The notes beneath the pieces are model-generated. The model was not told the origin of the DNA. It worked only from the letters and a program-made list of their open reading frames with translations, and did no database searches. Positions 58,441-64,000 of a stretch of 64,000 nt of DNA are shown here, in pieces (position 1 is the first letter of the stretch; each line of letters begins with the position of its first letter). This DNA is from Lophium mytilinum (Eukaryota): contig MU004193.1 of the NCBI GenBank assembly GCA_010093605.1, positions 467,321 through 531,320 on the forward strand. Direction: 5' to 3'. The position numbers and the translations under genes were made by a program.

Positions 58441-59898
58441 TCATGAGGAGTACACGGGCAGGCCACAGGCCACCCGGTACAGCTCCCATGCCAAGCCCGG
58501 CGTCTCCCTGACGACACCCTCGACGTCCTTGCGGAGGTTGAGGGCGGGATTTGCGCGGAAGGTGGCGATGACGAGATCGCGCAGGCCCCGGTCGGAGTCA
58601 ACCGTGGTCTCGTAGACGTCGCCGCAGGCATCTGGGAACTCGGGCGAGGCGTGGTGACCTGCGGCGAGGCTGGCGGCGAACTTCTGGGCGGCGAGCGACT
58701 TGAGGCCAAAGACACCGTACCTGCGCAGCAAAGGGGTTAGCGGTGCGTCTCTCGGGGGCGACTTGAGTGAATCAGGCGGTGTTGGGATCATCACGGCGCG
58801 ATGCTGGGGCGATGTGCGATGCTGGCTGGGTTGCGGTTGGAGGAGGTCGGGGCGAGTGGCATGTGGCATGCCGACGGCACGTCGTCAGCCCGCCGTTTCG
58901 TCTCCGCATCGCCGCAGGGGGCGGCTCGAGTGCCGAGGACCATGCTCCAGCCACTCCCCAGCAAAAAAACGCAGCGTGCTGCCCATTGATAGGACCGGGA
59001 ATGCGGCCGCTGGCGCTCCGCGTGTGATGGCGAGGGTCGGCAGAAAGCGCGGGGCTCGCTGGCTGTCTGTCGCAGAGACATATGCGCGGTGCAGGTGGCA
59101 TCACGGGCCCGGACGACTTTTTCTCTGCATGCAGGGGAAGGAAATTGTTGGACTCACTTTTCCGCAATGGCGTACACCTTTGCGTGCGTGACTAGGTGCG
59201 GCGCGTCACTGTCGACCGCCGGCTCTGCAAACGCCGCCTCGAAGAGGTCTTCTTCGTCCAGCTGATCCTGCATCGGCGTGTCGGGCAGCTTCGCGTCAAC
59301 ATCCTCGAAATGATCCACCGGGGCGTCCTCAATGGGCGTGAGGGGAGGTGTAACCGTGTTTGCCGCCGCCGTTGCGAGTAGCGGATCTTCGAGCTTTGCC
59401 AAGCTGAGCTTTTTGCTGCGTCTGCGGACGATCCCAGCTGCCCGCTGAGGGCTGGCTGGCGATGCTGGCCGACTTGACCGCTGCGACGCGCGGCGGGGCC
59501 TGAGGCTGTTGAGATAATCGAGATGGTAGAAATCTACGATGAGGCGTCAGCGACTGCTCCCAATGGTGCCGGGTCGTGGTGAGACCGTGAAGGCGCATAC
59601 AGTTTACCATGTGCTCGACAGCTTCTGGGTCATCCTCGCTTAGGTCGATTATACCCGTTTCAGCCTCTCGGAAAGGATTGCTGCACGCTCCGTCGAAGAA
59701 TGAGGATCGCGAGCAGATGATTGCGCGGTGAACGGGGTAGCTTCTCATGCCACAGGCGATTTTGAGATCTGAGTATTTTCCGAATTCGAGGAGACTGGGC
59801 AAAGAAATGAGCAATTGCTTGCGAATTGCTGGAGAAGCAGGCTGGGTGTCATACTTGGACAGAGCGGTCATGAGCTCCAAGGTTGGTCGTTCTGACAT
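58441..59898 (-). CDS. BTB/POZ-domain protein
   Basis: GKYSDLKIACGMRSYPVHRAIICSRSSFF…IDLSEDDPEAVEHMVN|YFYHLDY…HAKVYAIAEK|YGVFGLKSLA…TTVDSDRGLRDLV; three introns, the last at 58721-59157. Confidence 0.9.
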
Positions 59899-61903
59899 GC
59901 TGGATAATGTGGGAGTGGAGTATAGAGGTGGGAAGAGGGTAACTCTGGTCTTTAGCTGTACTCGGGGTGGGTGGCGGTGGGATATATATTGCAGAGCCGC
60001 GGCCGATTTACTACAGTTCTCCCCAACTGAATAGTAGCAACGGAGGCTAACTGGTTACGTAGCGCAGATCGGTCGGTGTTTCAACGAGTAACGTGGTTGT
60101 CAGATCGCGGAGACCGAAGTGGTAGCTGGGGGGGCCCGAAGCAGTAGTCGGTACGGCGAATAGCAGGTAGAGGATTTGGCGAGTATAATCGGAGGTATGA
60201 AGGCCGAACCCGCGAAAGAAGGGTGGAGCAAAGGGATGACAGGTAACGTTCCTTGGTACGAAAGATGGGGACAGATGGGGACAGACGGCCTTTTTGAGGT
60301 CTTCAATGCTTCACAGGGAGAAATTGATCATTTCAGCCCACAGGGCAACTCCCACTTCTTGACCCTTGCTGCCCTCACCAACTGGCTCCGCGCTGCCGAC
60401 CTATGCGCAGCCATCTGGCCATGTTTTGACGAGTCACACGGAAGCAGCAGCTGGCTCGGATGGCCAGCTCACATGATTCTCGCGCATGTGGCGTGCAGAA
60501 CGCGCCGTCTCCGTGGAAGCGACGGATTCGATGGCTTTTGGGCTGCCGGAAACCGCTGCACCCCTTCTCCACCATCCTGTCAGTCGACGCCTTGTCGCCT
60601 TGTCGCCCGGCTGCTCTCCATGGCGCAGGTTCTCGCCGCTCGACGCCCCAATTGCCATAATTAAGTTCAATCTGATGCTGTCTGAGACGGTCTACCGAGT
60701 GCACTTTGGCCGGCTGAATTGGCCAGAGTTGCGGCGTGTCCCTCACGTCTCAGCCGCGTGCCGCTGCCGGGCTGCTCGTCTAGATTTGTGATGTTGAGTA
60801 GTCTAGATTGAAGGCTCTAAGCAGCCATCATGCGCCTCTCCCCTCGGTGAATGGACAGGGTGGGTTGCGTGTCGTGCTCTTGGCCTCATTGCCACCCACC
60901 TTGACGGCGTCTTGACCAGCCAGACCCGCAGTGCATATCAGCAAGCGTGCGTCTCCCAGTGGGGTGGAAGAAGCAGCATGGAAACCCTCTCTGGGAAGGT
61001 TTACCCATAGTCTCCCAGCCTGCAAAACTGCTGATAACTAGAGCCCGCCACGGCAGTTCTGGACGAGTCGCGACGATCCTTGCCTCGCTCAGCCAGGTGT
61101 CGCTGCAAAACACCACAAAACCCCACAACTGCCGTCGGAAGGGGTCAGGGCCGAGTTGCGATGTTGTTTCCTCATGTCTTGCTGTGCGATCGTGTTACGC
61201 GCCGGCGGAGCCCTGTGTGTGGCGCCATGGCCTGATGAATACGCCTCGAGACGTCCTGACACGCGGGGGATGCCGAAGGTCAGATAATTCAGACCCGATG
61301 TTGCCACCGCAAAAGGAAATCGATGCAGAGTCAATTCGCAGAATCTGCCACGGTGATGCAAAGAAAGCGCGTTGCAGGGATGACGACGTAGGCGCTTGCT
61401 GACAAGTATCATCCACGTCGACACGGGAGGCCTGACATTTGCGGAGTTCTGGAGAAGAGTACGATCGGCTCCGAAGAAGTTCACGATTTCAGCCACCACG
61501 GATCTGACATGCAGAAAGGAGCGCGGTTGTGTCCCGCGTTAGTAGGCCAAGACGGATAAGACTGCGGCGTGAATTGCTTGCAGTGCTGGACGTTGAAACA
61601 CCTCGCTGCCGCCTTGGTGTTGCGGATTCTTCCCCCGCTGTCCATGTGTTTCTCAAGTTGAGTTTATAAAGCTCGAGCCGAATGCAGCGTAGCGTGACCG
61701 CCCGCGGTGACGCCTGTCCGTCACAAACAGCTCCCCACCACACCCACCACCACATCGCAGCTGAATCCGCCAAGCTCCAGCAACCACCACTCTGCACCCC
61801 GCCAGCTTGTGCTTCTATCGCTGCACAGCTGCATGGAACCGGTTCTCTAGCGCTCCTCACCTTCTCTCTTTCAAACACCCCACCAACGCCACCACCACCT
61901 TCG

Positions 61904-64000
61904 ATGGGTGACTACAAGCTCTCCGCCTCGCTAGAGGGCCATGAAGACGATGTAGGTCGCGACAAAGGGACAAAGACGTGTTCGTGTACTTGGTTCTCTT
62001 GAGCTGCAGGCTAACCCATCCGATTGCCAGGTCAGGGGTGTCGCGTTCCCCCATCCGAATTTCGTCGTCTCTGCCTCGAGAGATGCAACCGTACGCTTAT
62101 GGAAACTCCTCTCCCAAACCCCGCCAACCTACGACGACACGATCGTGTCGCACGGGACCGCCTTTGTCAACTCCCTCGCCTTCGTTCCACCATCCTCAGA
62201 GTTCCCAGAAGGCCTCATTGTATCTGGCGGCCAAGACACAATTATAGACGTCAGGCAACCAGCAAAGGCGGGCGCCGACAATGCCGATGCGTTACTCCTA
62301 GGACATGGCCACAACGTGTGCGCCCTGGATGTCAGTGAGGATGGGAAGTTGATCATCAGTGGCAGCTGGGACCATGACGCTCGTATATGGCAAGTGGGCA
62401 AGTGGGAGGAATCCACAGTGCTACAAGGACACGGGGCCGCTGTTTGGGCTGTCTTAGCCTACGATAAGGAGACTATCATAACTGGTACGGAGTCGCCCAT
62501 GAGCACCCCCCTATGTCATTGTACGACTTGCGTCGCACCGTTTTACTGACATGTGCATGCCAGGCTGCGCCGACAAGGCCATTCGTGTGTTTCACACTTC
62601 CGGCAAGCTCATCCGACGTCTCAAGGTCGGAGATGTTGTCCGAGCCTTATGCAGACTTCCGCCAAAGCATCCATCCGGTGCCCACTTTGCGTCATCTGGA
62701 AACGATGCTGTCATCCGACTGTGGACGATTGACGGCCGCGAAGTTGCTCAGCTACATGGACATGAGTCTTTTGTTTACTCTCTCGCATCTCTACCCGACG
62801 GTAGCATCGTCAGCTCTGGCGAAGACAGGACTGCCCGCATTTGGAACAATCAGCAGTGTATACAGACAATCACGCACCCAGCTATCTCGGTATGGTGCGT
62901 TGCCGTAAGCCCCGATAATGGAGACATAGTCACAGGGGCGAGTGATCGTATAGTGAGGGTATTCAGCAAGGCGAAGGAGCGACAGGCTGAAGAATCGAAG
63001 ATCGAGGAATTCAACGAATTAGTGAGGGGATCGGCGATTCCGAAAGAAACCCTGCCGAATATCAACAAGGACGCATTACCTGGCCCCGAGTTCCTAACTT
63101 CGAAGTCCGGAACAAAAGAAGGCCAGGTCCAAATGATCAAGGAGCTCAATGGGGATGTGTGTGCCTATACTTGGTCGACGGCAGCGAATCAATGGGTGAA
63201 TGTCGGAACTGTGGTGGAAGGCGCCGGCACTGATGGCAAAAAGATTTCCCACGAGGGCAAAGACTACGACTTTGTCTTCGACGTTGACATTGAGGAAGGC
63301 AAACCGCCGCTGAAACTGCCTTTCAATGTTACTCAGAATCCTTACGAGGTGGCGCGGAAATTTTGCGCGGACAATAAACTGCCCATCACCTACCTGGATC
63401 AAGTCACAAACTTCATAGTGACAAATACACAAGGTACAACCATTGGCCAGTCTCAGAATCAGGCCGGCGCAGATCCATGGGGCACAGAAAATCGCTACCG
63501 ACCGGGGGATGACACACCTGCGCAACCAGCGCCGCGGCCCAAACTCCTCCCACAGAAGGAGTACCTGGATATCTCCACAGCCAATCACAAGGCGATGTTC
63601 AAAAAACTCCAAGAATTCAACCAATCTCTCATCGACGATGGATCCAAAGACCTCTCCCTCAATCCAAACGACATTGAGGTTCTCGACTCCATAGTTACTA
63701 ACCTTGAAAAGGGCAAGTCTAGCAGCATAGACCCCGATTCCATCTCTCTCGTCCTGAAAACAGCTACGACATGGCCTGCCGACAAGGTTTTACCGGGCCT
63801 GGACGTCCTGCGCCTCATAACTGCCTCCTCGGGGACCTGCGTGGAGCAAATCTCCCCGCCCCTTCCTCACATCCTTGCCGACGCCAAGCTCTTCGAACCG
63901 TCTACACCACCGAACAACACCATGATGGCCATCAGAGCTTTCGTCAACCTTTTCAAGACGAAACCCGGGCGTGAACTCGCAAACGCAGAGTTCGAGACTA
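61904..64000 (+). CDS. DOA1: Ubiquitin homeostasis protein Doa1/Ufd3/Lub1 (WD40-PFU-PUL); 3' end lies outside the window
   Basis: MGDYKLSASLEGHEDD|VRGV…SASRDATVRLW, ISGSWD, further WD repeats, and the PFU domain EGKDYDFVFDVDIEEGKPPLKLPFNVTQNPYEVARKF. Confidence 0.94.

Overview
Eukaryotic, intron-rich DNA from a filamentous ascomycete (Pezizomycotina): short GT-AG introns with CTRAY branch points, and RIP-mutated repeats. Most entries in the ORF track are spurious or are exon fragments. The window holds about 18 protein genes: a BEACH/WD40 protein (5' end outside the window), two Pro-rich hypothetical proteins, an SDR reductase, a tyrosine-phosphatase-family protein, a PQ-loop membrane protein, septin CDC11, PROPPIN HSV2, a small membrane protein, an EthD-like barrel protein, RhoGEF ROM2, V-ATPase subunit c' VMA11, a PKA catalytic subunit, a 610-aa coiled-coil membrane protein, two BTB proteins and DOA1 (3' end outside the window). 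Highlights: (1) the PQ-loop gene appears to need a 1-nt exon at 23779 within a run of micro-exons; (2) a RIP-inactivated, intron-containing piggyBac-type transposase (~11.2-14.2 kb) is flanked by 48-bp direct repeats rather than recognisable TIR/TTAA ends; (3) a ~10-kb mosaic (45.0-54.7 kb) surrounds the intact coiled-coil gene, containing about 7 inverted, mutated copies of its promoter and 5' end, four unrelated repeat families and MULE-like TIR elements, one TIR pair apparently enclosing a captured piece of the gene; (4) several ~1-kb domains switch from C-rich to G-rich. All calls were made by eye, without database searches.
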